A stretch of 64,000 nt of DNA from Octopus vulgaris (taxonomy: Eukaryota), in the NCBI GenBank assembly GCA_951406725.2, contig OX597824.1, positions 4,278,001 through 4,342,000 of the forward strand, given 5' to 3'. Position 1 is the stretch's first letter, and each line of letters begins with the position of its first letter. A model generated the notes under the pieces. That model ran no database searches. It worked only from the letters and a program-made list of their open reading frames with translations, and was not told the DNA's origin. The position numbers were made by a program, and so were the translations under genes. This document shows positions 11,746-25,190 of the stretch, piece by piece.

Positions 11746-11945
11746 TTTATTATATTCAGGACATTACTACACGTTATGAGGGAACTCTTAAAGTCAAAAC
11801 TACCATAATAAATATACAGTGTAATGACAGCAAGTGTACCAACCCTTGCTGTCGGCACACTGTATATTTATTGTGGAAGTTTTGACTTTAAGTGTCCCTC
11901 ATAGCATGAGGCATTTACATGTAGTAATGCCCTTAATATGATAAA
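11746..11945. repeat. ~90 bp-arm inverted repeat just upstream of the Penelope ORF
   Basis: CTTAAAGTCAAAACTACCATAATAAATATACAGTGT..GACAGCAAG, a 10 nt loop (11835-11844), then CTTGCTGTC..ACACTGTATATTTATTGTGGAAGTTTTGACTTTAAG. Confidence 0.9.
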
Positions 11946-11989
<44 letters not shown>

Positions 11990-11992
<3 letters not shown>

Positions 11993-13600
11993 CAATATTA
12001 AAAATAAATTTAACCCAAACCACATCAACCATAGACAATATAACAACCCTCAGTACAACCATAATCTAGTCCGCTGCACAGTCACTCCACCACAAATATA
12101 CTACCACAGACACACTTTACACCCATTTTCTCCTCAGCAAACCAAACACAATACAGACTTTCCACAACAATCCACCTACTACAACCATTTTTTAGACTTA
12201 AATCAGAGAAACAGAGATGTGAAATGAAACAAAATGTACAAGAACAACCAAAAATAATCAACTTATCAAAGAAAATCCTAAGTATTACACAAACTAAAAT
12301 CCTAGCAAGAGGTTTAAAGTTTACTCCAACCCTTCGCAGATCGAACCTGAATGAAATTAAGGATAACTCTATGGATTTCTGCCGAAAATTACACCTTACA
12401 ACTACACCAGCGAAGATGACTCAATAGTAAAAAACAAAAGGGAATACTGTCCTACAAAAGGCAGAAATAAAGCACTTGATGCATTTTGTGAACACATTAC
12501 CAGTTTTCCTTTTTAATACCCTACAAAAACAACAAATTAAATCCAACCTTAACGTAAATGAATGGAAAGACCTAATCGAGTTAAAAAATGATATAAACCT
12601 CACCATTACAGAAGCCAACAAAGGAAGTGCAGATGGACACAGAGTACTACAAAAATTTAATACTCTTCATGTTGGAAAATAATATTTATTATGAGAAGAT
12701 AGTACAATACAACCCACAGAAGACACTTAAAAACTTATCCTCCTTAATTCAAATACATGGAAAGAGCGTCACTAAAAATGAAGTTGACTATTTATCCAAT
12801 TTTAAATACGGACCTAGTCTATTCTATGGATTACCTAAAATACATATTTGTAAAGCTTGCAAAGTTTCTCTAAGCCTATGCATTAATGTTCCTCCCCCTA
12901 CTGACTTCAAACTGAGACCCATCATTGCTGGCCCTGCTACCTTGCCATCTTACTCAAACTGTTTCTAAAATATGTGAAAAGCTTCATCAGGGATGACTTA
13001 GACATGCTTAACCACCTCCCAAAGACAATAAATGAAGGAACCCTGTTAGTATCATTTGATGTGGTGAATTTGTACACCAATATCCCACACGACTATGGTA
13101 TAGAAGCAATCACCTTCTGGCTAGAAAAATACCCAGAAGAGATCCCAGGATGCATCAACCACAGATTCATAATTGCAGCACTCAAATTCATCCTACTGAA
13201 CAACTATTTCATGTTCGATACAGTTTACTACCAACAAAAATGTGGAATTGCAATGGGAACCCGAGCTTCTCCAATGATTGCGAATCTTGTAATGGTTTAC
13301 CTAGAACTTAAAATATACCAATTATCACAACAAAAATATGGCACCTCATTTCATTGCTATTTAAAGGAAGACTGGAAGAGGTATTTGGATGATTGCTTTA
13401 TACTTTCGAAAGACAGCATGGACAAACTCCTCAATTTCAAAATAATGCTTAACAATATTAATAGCAACATACAATTCACCATGGAGCACAGCAGTAACCA
13501 ACTCCCTTTTCTTGACATCCTAACTGAAATAGTCAATAACCACATCGAAACAGACATCTTCTATAAACCCACAGATTCTAAACAATACCTAAACATACAC
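11990..13600 (+). pseudogene. Penelope-like element reverse transcriptase, frameshifted and 3'-truncated (no GIY-YIG domain)
   Basis: Consecutive ORF pieces give IINLSK..GLKFTPT, A(N/D)KGS..MDTEYY, FYGLPKIH, LRPIIAG, LVSFDVVNLYTNIPH, NNYFMF..YYQQKCGIAMGTRASP..ANLVM, WKRYLDDCF, IQFTME..LPFLDI, TDIFYKPTDSKQYL. These are the canonical PLE RT motifs, broken by stops and frameshifts. Confidence 0.95.
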
Positions 13601-14049
13601 AGGCATCATACAATCTACTTTCCACTCTGAGAGAGACCCCTATTGTTACTAACAGAAGTAGTAACCCTCTCAACTTTGCCCAACCCATTCTTATTCTAGA
13701 AGCTATGTCTTTGGAACAACCTCCACCATTGCTAACTGTCTACTACTTCTAAGGATCCCCTCGGACACTTCAAGGTGTCTATTTTCTGTGCATTCCTGGT
13801 TTTTAATGCACCTGCACACCTGCCACAGGTAAAGACTACATTTTATATTCTTGCACCTCCTACGTACCCATAGCTTGTCCTGGGTACACCTTATGGAGTT
13901 TCTACTGATATCTTTTCTACATACTGAGCAGGGCCATCTCCCTGAAGGGATCTGTGATATGTTTGTTTTCCTATTTATTAAGACACTTAGGCCCTTTGAT
14001 TCCAGACTTTGCTTCTACCCCTGACATTTCTTCTCTAGTTTGGGTACTG

Positions 14050-14081
<32 letters not shown>

Positions 14082-14094
14082 ATGCACGTGTATG

Positions 14095-14279
14095 TGAATG
14101 TGTGTCATTGTCATGTATTTAGTGTTCTTCGTTCCTAATTCTCCATGGAAACATGCTTGGTTATGAGGAAATACTACCCTACTTTGGAACATGTGTGAGT
14201 AGGCAACAGGAAAGGCATCCAGCTACATCTGATACATGCAACCATGGAAAAATGGGTGTAAAAATGATGATGATGATGA
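14095..14279 (+). mobile_element. SINE family B body
   Basis: GGAAACATGCTTGG..GGAAATACTACC..CAGGAAAGGCATCCAGC..CATGCAACCATGGAAAAATGG..(ATG)n. Confidence 0.75.
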
Positions 14280-14305
14280 TATATCGCTATCATCATATCA
14301 TATCA

Positions 14306-14465
14306 TCATCATTTAACATCCATGTTCCATGCTGCTATGGGTTGGACATTTCGACAAGATCTGATGGGGCCCAAAAATAGGATTGTGCTCCTGTATCTGT
14401 TTTGGTATGACTTCCATGATTGGCTGCCATATTGAGTGCTTTTCCAAGTAATTTCTGAGTGTTTT
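14306..14465 (-). mobile_element. Degenerate SINE family C tail
   Basis: CATCATTTAACATCCATGTTCCATGCTGCTATGGGTTGGAC. Confidence 0.6.
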
Positions 14466-14597
14466 TATGCATAATTTTGCAGAAAACATATATACTTCAT
14501 TCATACAAACACACATCATGCCAACATGTGTGTGTGTACGTATGTGTATATATCTATACATATATAAATATATATATATGCATACATATCTATATAT

Positions 14598-14646
<49 letters not shown>

Positions 14647-14782
14647 TGTATATATATGTGTGTGTATATATATATATGTATATGTGTATATATATATATG
14701 TATACATATAGATACATACACATATGTATATACACATACACATATATATATATATATACATACATATATGCATATACATATG

Positions 14783-14814
<32 letters not shown>

Positions 14815-14889
14815 CATATATGTATACACATATGTATATACATATATATATATACATATATATATATATACATACATATATGTATATAC

Positions 14890-14934
<45 letters not shown>

Positions 14935-14965
14935 TACCTGTGTGTGTGAGTATGTATGTACACAT

Positions 14966-15125
14966 TCTTTTCTTTTTTTCTTTTATTTGTCCCCATTATG
15001 ACATTGCAGCCATGGTGGGGAACCACTTTAAAGGGTTCCTTTAGTTGATCATATTGACCCCCCACAAACCTACACCAGTTGTCAAATGTTGAGAGATGAA
15101 CATAAATAGCAATACACAAAGACAT
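14966..15125 (-). mobile_element. Degenerate SINE family A tail
   Basis: TCTTTTATTTGT..GACATTGCAGCCATGGTGGG..TTTAGTTGATCATATTGACCCC. Confidence 0.55.
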
Positions 15126-15245
15126 GTATACATGTGCATCTATGTGTGAGTGCATGCATGCATGTATATATATATATATATATATACATGCATGTACTCA
15201 CAGTAATTTACCCATTACTTTAATGTGTGTGTTTGTGTGTATGTT

Positions 15246-15281
<36 letters not shown>

Positions 15282-15471
15282 TTTGTGTGTGTGTAAATAT
15301 AAATGTATATATACATAGATACATAATATAAATAAATGTATGCGTATGTTGTGTGTATGTATATATATATATATATATACACACACAACCACACACATTA
15401 CATATATATAAATACATATATATACATACACACACACACATATATATATACACACACACACACACACATGA

Positions 15472-15597
15472 GGAGGCATAGTTATGTGGTTAAGAATCAG
15501 CTAATAGCCACATGGTTCCAGAATCAACCCTGTGTGTGGAACCTTGGGAAAATGCCATGTATGCGGAATTCTGTAGATGGAAAAAGAACGAAATAAA
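15472..15597 (+). mobile_element. SINE family A head
   Basis: GTGGTTAAG..CCACATGGTTCCAG..TGTGTGGAACCTTGGG..GTAGATGGAAA. Confidence 0.65.
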
Positions 15598-15805
15598 GTA
15601 TGTGTGTGAGTGTGTGCATACACATGTGCAGGCATGTATGCACATGTATAAATGGGTGGGGCAAAAATCTGGATCCCTAAATAGTTTAGTGTGGAAAATT
15701 TATCTAATGTATTTCTTACCCTTGGACCGTTATAATATGGCAGATAAATGGATGCTGGGTGTAGGAGTGGAATGTGTGTTCTAATATTCAAAAGAGAGAA
15801 GTATC

Positions 15806-15977
15806 CTACCATTCTCAGATAGTTTTTAAGGACCCCACCATTCTCAGATAGTTTTTAAGGACCCCACCATTCTCAGATAGTTTTTAAGGACCCCACCATT
15901 CTCAGATAGTTTTTAAGGACCCCACCATTCTCAGATAGTTTTTAAGGACCCCCGCCATTCTCAGATAGTTTTTAAGG
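15806..15977 (+). repeat. 29 bp minisatellite, 6 near-identical copies
   Basis: Unit CCACCATTCTCAGATAGTTTTTAAGGACC; the core starts at 15811, 15840, 15869, 15898, 15927 and 15957. No spacers. Confidence 0.97.
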
Positions 15978-16355
15978 GTAACATGTTACTAATGTAGCAA
16001 AGAATTATTACAAAGGTTTTCCACTTGCTTCGAATAATCTGGACCTGTCTGTGACTGACCATGTAGTAGAGAGAAAAAATAGAAACTGATGCCAAAGTAT
16101 TAAAATAATTATGTAGGGCCGTGGAAAGGAACTGATATAAGTTATTAAGGAAATTTTTTTCCCTAAAAATAAGCCCATCAATGGAATCAGTTTGGGGTTG
16201 TATTCTTTCTAGTGGTCAGTACCATCAGCCTATCTTCCCCTCATTGTTCTCATACTCTCACTACACCTCCCACCATCTGCTTCATTTTCCACTCACAGTC
16301 CTCTTTTTATAGCTTCTTCACTACCTCAGCACACCCTCCCACCACACTCTCTCTT

Positions 16356-16386
<31 letters not shown>

Positions 16387-16403
16387 TCCTCTCTCTCTCT
16401 CTT

Positions 16404-16458
<55 letters not shown>

Positions 16459-16856
16459 CTAACCCCGTAAGACCCATTCCTCTCTTTGCTTCCTTCAATG
16501 ATTCTCTCTTGATTTCTCAGCCACTTTCCTTCGCGCTTTCCGTCCATATTCATCTTCTAACATAGAATAACCCAGGAACTCCATACACAAGACACCTGAG
16601 CGCTTTCCTAACACGTGCCTCCCTTTCTCACTAACCTCTCACAGACATTGAAACCTTCCATTTCCTCTCTCCTCTGCCATGCTGCTCCCTCTCTCAACAT
16701 CCCCTACTCTATTAATCTCTCCACATCCATTGTCTCACAACTACAAATCTTATTCTCTCATCTTTCTTTACCTTCTCTCAACAATCCAATGTAAAATCAC
16801 CACAACCTGCATCACTCCTTCGGTTATAGGGTCCACTTTAGGCCCTTAGAATTGCG

Positions 16857-17040
16857 AGTTCACTAGTGCTGGAACCATGAAAGAAGCACCTATTACACTC
16901 AATAAACTAGTTGATATTAGACAGGGCATCCGTTTGAAAAAAAAAAAGGAGATAACTGAGTCATTCATGTTGTCAGATCTTGTTGAACTGTACAACCCAT
17001 GGCAGCATGGGAAACAAAGGTTAAATAATAATGATGATGA
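16857..17040 (+). mobile_element. Degenerate SINE family C
   Basis: AAGCACC..TACACTC..GGGCATCC..TACAACCCATGGCAGCATGGGAAAC..TTAAAT(AAT/GAT)n. Confidence 0.65.
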
Positions 17041-17256
17041 GGAGGAGGAGGAGGAGGAAAATGATGATGGTGGTGATATATACACACACAAGCAAGTAGG
17101 TACACATATACAAGGACACATACAAACACAATTATTAACGTCTTTCTCACTAAAATGACCCAAGATCTTTTCGTGGTACTTGAATTAAATGCATGGTAAA
17201 TAGGAAAATTGAGGCCCTCAGATAACTTCAGTAATATATTCATCTCTTGAAATACT

Positions 17257-17470
17257 GGTTACAAATTTTGGCACAAGGCCTGCAATTTCAAGGGAAGGGT
17301 TAAGTCAATTAAATTGACCCCAGTGTTCAACAGGTATTTAATTCCATTGACCCTGGGGAATGAAAGGCAAAGCTGACCTTGGAGGAATTTGAACTCAGAA
17401 TGTAAAGACAAATGAAATGTCGTGAAGCATCTTGTGCAGCATGATGGTGGTTCTGCTAGTTCACTCCCCA
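17257..17470 (-). mobile_element. SINE family D
   Basis: CAAATTTTGGCACAAGGCC..GACCCCAGTG..TGAAAGGCAAAG..ATTTGAACTCAGAA. Confidence 0.85.
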
Positions 17471-17871
17471 TCTCCAGGAATATTAAAAATAATATACACA
17501 GCTACGGATTTACCCTACATGGAAATATATAGATTATTTTCTCGTACGACTGGTCACCTTACATCCTCTGATGAAGAAAACCCTACAACATAACCGCATA
17601 ACACATATACAAAACACCCACGTATTTATGTATAGATAGCTGTCAACACACATATTATGTATGTATGTGTATGTTGTGTGTTGTGTATACATAAATACAT
17701 ACATTTGTGTGTGTGTGTGTGTGGTGAATGTACAGATGTAACTGAAGACATATGCACACACACACCTATCTACATCCATGTATATATTTACATTAAAAAT
17801 GTGTGGAGCTTAATGCAGTCCATGTCAGGATAGACGACAGATGTTAAATGATGATGAAGATAATTCTAAAT

Positions 17872-17919
<48 letters not shown>

Positions 17920-18147
17920 ACACACCCACCCACATACACACATTTTGACTTTGAATTAGAGTGATCCTCCCACAATAATTTAATCCTGTAACAGGTATGT
18001 CCATCTATTTATCTATGCATATATGAATGTAAATATATATGTATGTATATAATCTATATATATATATATATATATATGTGGGGGGGTGTATAAATATGTT
18101 TGCCTGTGTACATATATGTACACACACACACACACATATGTATATAC

Positions 18148-18199
<52 letters not shown>

Positions 18200-18278
18200 T
18201 CATCATCATCATTATCATTTAGCGTCCGCTAGCATGGAAAGTGGACGCTAAATGATGATGATGATGATGATGATGATG

Positions 18279-18311
<33 letters not shown>

Positions 18312-18386
18312 TACATACAAACATACACACATATATATATATATACATACAAATGTGTGTCTGTGTGTATATATATATACATTATG

Positions 18387-18473
<87 letters not shown>

Positions 18474-18485
18474 TTGTATATGTAT

Positions 18486-18517
<32 letters not shown>

Positions 18518-18778
18518 TAATAATCAGCTTAATAATTGTGCATTGGCATCTTAATAAGTTCTAATGTATGAAACTGTTGCACCTTGAGTCACTCTGTAGA
18601 TTCAGCAGATTATTAACGGTAATATATTTTAAGGGTTCTGTTTCCTTTTTCATATCACCAAACCTATATACATCAACACTCACAGACATGCTTAGCTGTA
18701 TATTTATACATATGTATACATTTATATATATGTGTATGTACATTCCCCCTTTCACACACACACACACACACACAATTG

Positions 18779-18918
18779 ACAGTCTTTTTTAGTTTCTGTC
18801 TACCAACAACGCTTTGATCAGCCAGGGGATATAGTAGAAGGCAATTACCAAGGGTGCCCCATGGTGGGAATGTACCTGTTGGTTCAATACGGTTGAGCAG
18901 CAAGTTTCTCACACTACA

Positions 18919-18922
<4 letters not shown>
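18779..18922 (-). mobile_element. SINE family A head
   Basis: AGTTTCTGTCTACCAA..TATAGTAGAAG..GTGGGA..CAAGTTTCT..ACAGCCA. Confidence 0.65.
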
Positions 18923-18964
<42 letters not shown>

Positions 18965-19177
18965 CATACACACACACACAAACACACGCACACATATATA
19001 TATATATATACATATATATATATTTAGGTGCAATCATTAACATGATGAAACTTAAGTGATTAAGACAGTAACTTCCTAACAACTTGATTTTTGGTTCACT
19101 CACACCATATGGCACAATTGCAAGTGTTTAACTGGTAGATAGAAGTTGAAATGAGCCTATCATATATTGAAATATAT

Positions 19178-19224
<47 letters not shown>

Positions 19225-19430
19225 AATATAAATGTATATATATGTGTATATATACAAACACACACACACTAAAAGTGGGTTTTTCTACACTTGAGAAATT
19301 CTGGCATTGGTCTGGAATCTGACAGTGTTAACAGCCCAATATTCGAGTTTAGTGCTTCCCTGGAATATCCTAACTTTACACCATAGCAGGACCTTAGGCT
19401 CATATATATATATATATATATATATATTTA

Positions 19431-19493
<63 letters not shown>

Positions 19494-19611
19494 GTATACA
19501 TATATATATGTATGTATATATATATATATATGTATATTTATAGATATATATGTGTGTGTGTATGTGTATATATGTATATATTATGCATATATATATATGC
19601 ATATATATATA

Positions 19612-19681
<70 letters not shown>

Positions 19682-19848
19682 TATATATATAAAAAAAAAT
19701 AAGATGACAAGGGAATAAACGATTATCATAAGATAACCGTTTCTTCCCCTGTCATCTCTTTTTTCTTATTATTGCTCTGCACTCATTCTGAAGCACACGT
19801 GTATTGAGTTCTACACCAGCTTGTTAGTATCACAATGCCTAAGCTAAC

Positions 19849-19896
<48 letters not shown>

Positions 19897-19984
19897 ACAT
19901 ACATACATCCACACACACATGTATGTATGTATGTATGTATATATTGAATGTATGTATGTGTGTATGTATTTATGAGTGTGGGTG

Positions 19985-20238
19985 TGATCTGTGTCGCCTT
20001 TCTTGATATCACATGATACTTATAATGAGTGCCACTGCCTTACAAGAGATACCCCACCCCCACTCCTTTTCGAAACCTGTCATGAAAGTACCAGGCCATG
20101 GGACAATATTACCCATTATTGCTGGGAAACAGGTGAATTTCAGTGAGAAGCATATCTGGCCATAGAATATCTGCCCCACTGAATTCTGACACATGCAAGC
20201 ATAGGAGAGTGGACATTACAATGATGATGATGATGATA
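19985..20238 (+). mobile_element. SINE family B body
   Basis: GGCCATGGGACAATATTACC..GGAAACAGGTGA..GCATATCTGGCCATAGAA..CATGCAAGCATAGGAGAGTGGACATTA(ATG)n. Confidence 0.75.
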
Positions 20239-20333
20239 ATACAATGATTAAGATATACATCCATGTATGAGTTTGTTGGTACATATTCATTTATATCTAC
20301 ATATGTATGTATGTGTGTGTATGCATATATATA

Positions 20334-20369
<36 letters not shown>

Positions 20370-20424
20370 TGTATGTATGTATGTATGTATGTATGCATGC
20401 ATATATATATATATATATATATGC

Positions 20425-20464
<40 letters not shown>

Positions 20465-20469
20465 GCATG

Positions 20470-20500
<31 letters not shown>

Positions 20501-20640
20501 TTTATATCAGATATATATATATATATACATACACACACAGGTAAGCCCATAAGTGCAAAATAAGGTGGTAAACATAGTACTCAAATACCAAGGGTAGAGT
20601 ACTGTGTTTTTTTTTTATTAAAGCTCCAAAATTATCACAG

Positions 20641-20682
20641 AACTGTTACTCAGAGTTTCACATTCCCATTCATCAGACAGCT
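20641..20682 (-). ncRNA. Minimal type I hammerhead ribozyme
   Basis: Minus strand reads AGCUGU-CUGAUGA-AUG(GGAA)UGU-GAAA-CUC(U)GA-GUA-ACAGUU: 6 bp stem I, intact core, ACUC/GAGU stem III and a GUA cleavage triplet. Stem II is weak and looks like CpG-decayed ACG/CGU. Confidence 0.8.
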
Positions 20683-20689
20683 ACGATAA

Positions 20690-20738
<49 letters not shown>

Positions 20739-20807
20739 AACGTGTGTGTGTGTGTGTGAGCATAAATATATGTATACATATTTACATATGAGTGCACACA
20801 TGTTGGA

Positions 20808-21198
20808 ACAGGCATGAGTGTGCAGTTAAGAAGTTCATTTCATAACTGCACTGTTTTGAGTTCAGTCACCTTGGGGAAGTGTCTTTTATAATTTATATCT
20901 AGGCTGGTCAATGCCTTCACTGATTTTAGCAGACAGAAGCCGTGTGGCAACTGGTTGTGTGTGTGTGTGTGTGGTGTTTGTGCATGCTTCTTTGCGCTGG
21001 TGTTTGTCCCCTGTCCACGGCTTGACAACAGGTATTTTTTTTTCATTTATATTCCAGTAACTTAGCAGTTTGACAAGAGAAAATGATACAAACATTACCA
21101 AACTTAAAATAAATACTGGGGTTAATTTTTTTAGCTAAACCTTTAAAAGAGGAGCTACATATTCACAGACCCATGACTGCAAAAAGTAAAAGAATAAA
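20808..21198 (+). mobile_element. SINE family A, full length, diverged
   Basis: ACAGGCATGAGTGTGCAGTTAAGAAG..GAGTTCAGTC..GCTTGACAAC..AACTTAGCAGTT..AAAGTAAAAGAATAAAA. Confidence 0.8.
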
Positions 21199-21217
21199 AA
21201 AAAGTAACGTTTTATGC

Positions 21218-21257
<40 letters not shown>

Positions 21258-22053
21258 GTATGTGCATGTATGTATTTGTACACACACGTGCATATCTCAA
21301 TGTGCTTTTGTGTTAAATTAAGCTTATTATTTCAAAGATATTTTAAGAATACAAACTGACTCATTGTAGACAGAAATAAATTTTAAGGCTCAAATTGACT
21401 ATCAGCCCTTTCATTCAAGTTGAGTAACCTGTTAGCGAAAAACCCCACTCAATGTATTTATGTATATGAATGCATATTTGCATCAACTCACACAGGAATA
21501 CAGATACGTACATATATATATATACATATATATATGTGAGTATGTGTGTGTGTTTGTGTGCACATATATATATATATATATATGTATGTGCAAGTGTATA
21601 CTATACACATGCACATATCATGTAACATATATATACATATATGTAAATATACACACTCTGCATATATAAATGACATATATAATATATTTATTAACAAATT
21701 TATCTAACATATTTCATATACATACATATATACATATATATACATATATATATATATATGTATGTATAATGTGTATATAATATATATAGCACATGAATAC
21801 ATTATATATCTAATATATATATTTTATATATATATATATATTTATGCATTATACATAATATATACTAATTATAAATATATTATACTCTATGTGTTATATA
21901 CACATATGTTCACACATATATATACTAAGCATATACATCATATTTCTAAATAACATAAATACTATATAAATGTATATAGGAATGCACACATAATTTAAGA
22001 ATGATATATCTATTATACATATATCATGTATATTTCTATAGTATATATAGTAA

Positions 22054-22084
<31 letters not shown>

Positions 22085-22162
22085 ATAAAGAAGTGTGTGT
22101 TTGGTTATATATATATATTATAAAAAAGTGTTTGTGTTTGTGTGTGTGTGTGTGTATATATA

Positions 22163-22204
<42 letters not shown>

Positions 22205-22462
22205 TATTTATATAATGTATTTGTGTGTGTGTTCTGATGGGTGTGTGTTATAACTCAATACAGATAAATATAGAATCATTTTCTATGTGCACAAACAGAG
22301 GTGTTAAGACGAATGCACAATACCACATACTAACATCCACAAATATATGTATGCGTAAACATGTATGCACGTGTTTGTATGTGTCCATGTAGCATACACA
22401 TATATACATACGTATGTATATATATATAATATATGTGTGTGTATATATATTATATATGTATT

Positions 22463-22496
<34 letters not shown>

Positions 22497-22635
22497 TATA
22501 TATATATGCATGTGTGTGCATATATATGTATGTATATATACACACACATATATAAATATACACATTTATATATACATCTACACACACATACACATATTGA
22601 TGTATGTATATATACATCTCTCTCTCTCTCTCTCA

Positions 22636-22672
<37 letters not shown>

Positions 22673-23530
22673 TACTGATATATACACATATATGTTTATA
22701 CATACATACATACATACATACATACGTATATATTACACGTATAGAAAATGGAAATAAAAACCTCTTCTACGTCCATACTTTCGTCAATACACATTCATTA
22801 TATCCGTGGTTTGATGTATATTGTTTGCTTGATGTTCTTATATTTTCTGTGTAATACATCACACATGCATGTGTGTGCGTGTGTGCTTCGGTGTATGGGC
22901 AAGTAATTGCGTGAGCCTATTTTTTACAGAATGTTTTATTAGTGTTGCAGAATTTATAATGATGTCCTAACCTGGTAAACACACAAAACAAATGCTACAA
23001 CACACATTCAAAAGGCGACAATACTGAAACACACTCACACACACACGCTATACATATTTTAGAATCATATTTTTTTTTGTGCTAGTATTAGCATCGAACA
23101 GTTATGCTTATTACCGTGTGTATATCTGTGAGTATACAATATGCATACATGCTTATTAATTGCCTGTAAAGTTGGAAATGTGACTTGAGAGGAGAGAGTT
23201 CCATACAGGACACTTACCAAAACTCTTCTCTGTTCTTATCTACCAAACATACATACATACATACATACATACATGTATGTGTATGTACTTTGTATGTATA
23301 CATTCATACATTATAAAATATTTTTTTTTATTCCAAGTTGAGGTTATGTTAGTCGCTCCCTGGAGTTTACCATTATCAGTCTCCAGATGCCTGTAGACTG
23401 GGATTTGGGAAACTCTGAGTAGTGACAGACACAACCTAAGAGTTGAATGAATAATTTTTCTTCTATGATATCTGACATTAACAGAACTGAGAACTTTCAC
23501 TTAATTGCATGCAGCAATGTGAAACTGCCA

Positions 23531-23571
<41 letters not shown>

Positions 23572-23645
23572 ACACACACACACACAAAGACATATATATA
23601 CATATGTATGTATGTGAATATATAGATAGCTGTATACACATAAAA

Positions 23646-23702
<57 letters not shown>

Positions 23703-24460
23703 CCTGTATGTATATATACATAGGTGTGTGTGTATGTGTTTTAATATATATATATATATATATCCACACACACATTGGTGTGTGTTAATGGAGAGGCAGA
23801 CACACATACACACAAACACATGGATACACACATACCCACACACAACACACACTAGATATATATATACTCTTGTGTGTATACAGATATGTATACATATGAA
23901 TTCCTATAAATCTCTGTCAAGACACATATCAATATATACACTACACAGCTGCATTCAGTTGCATATTGCAACCATGAATGCAACAATGTGTTAAACCATG
24001 CCAAAGAAAGGAGAAATAATGGAGAGATACCTATTAAGAGGAAGATTATTTTTACATATCTACAGACCATTAATCTTCGGTTGATCCAAAGTTTTCTATG
24101 CCAAAAAATGGACGACATTGAAATCGTTTTAGTTTCAGTTACTGAACAGCCTGCCCTATATTTCTGACTTCTGGTTCATTCACCCTATCCAATCAGTTTC
24201 CTTTATGATAATTTCTTCGGAAACATTCATTAAATTAGGCCATTGCTACTCAGAATGAAAACAGAACACTTAGGTGTGTATATTTGTAAGTGTAGATGTG
24301 CATGTCTATGTGTGTGTGTGTATGTATTTATCTAAGCATGTGTGTGTATATATATATGTGTATATATACACACACACACACAGATATACATGCAAATCTA
24401 TGTATATATGTTTATATATATATACATACATATACATGAATGGATGTATATATGTATATG

Positions 24461-24494
<34 letters not shown>

Positions 24495-24570
24495 TTGTAT
24501 CTATATCTATCTATCTGTATATATATAATGTATATACACACATACACATATATATATGCATATATATATG

Positions 24571-24628
<58 letters not shown>

Positions 24629-25145
24629 TATATATATACACACACATATATATATATAGAGAGAGAGAGAGAGGGAGAGAGAGAGAAAGAGAGAGAGAGA
24701 TAGAGGGATAGACATAGACAAACAGACAGAGAGATAGATAGATCCATCCATCACATATAGACATGTCATATATGCCTCTTTATATATGCTTGTATTTGTG
24801 TATTAATGTTCACACCTACTTACTTATATGTATTTCTATATACACCTGAACAGACACCTCCCCATACACACATGCACACAGAAATGGTAGTGCATGTGTG
24901 TGTGTGAGTGTAATGTGTGTGTTTGTGGGGAGGTGAGTATATGTAAGCTGATAAAATATGATGAAATTAAATATGAGAATTATTTTGTTTTCAAAAATGA
25001 GGAGACGCTGAGTTAGATTTAGAAAAACCTCATCACAGTTATCCCTGTTATAATAACGATGATGATGATGATGATGACCATGATGATTATGATGATGAGA
25101 AATTATCATATTTATTTTACTACTACTACTACTACTACTACTACA

Positions 25146-25190
<45 letters not shown>

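Noticed and set aside
12961-12992. Minus-strand CTGATGA...GAAAC hammerhead-like spacing
   Set aside because: No stem I or stem II pairing, and it lies antisense inside the RT coding region.
15806-15977. CRISPR-like 29 bp repeats
   Set aside because: Units are directly adjacent with no spacers, there are no cas genes, and the context is eukaryotic.
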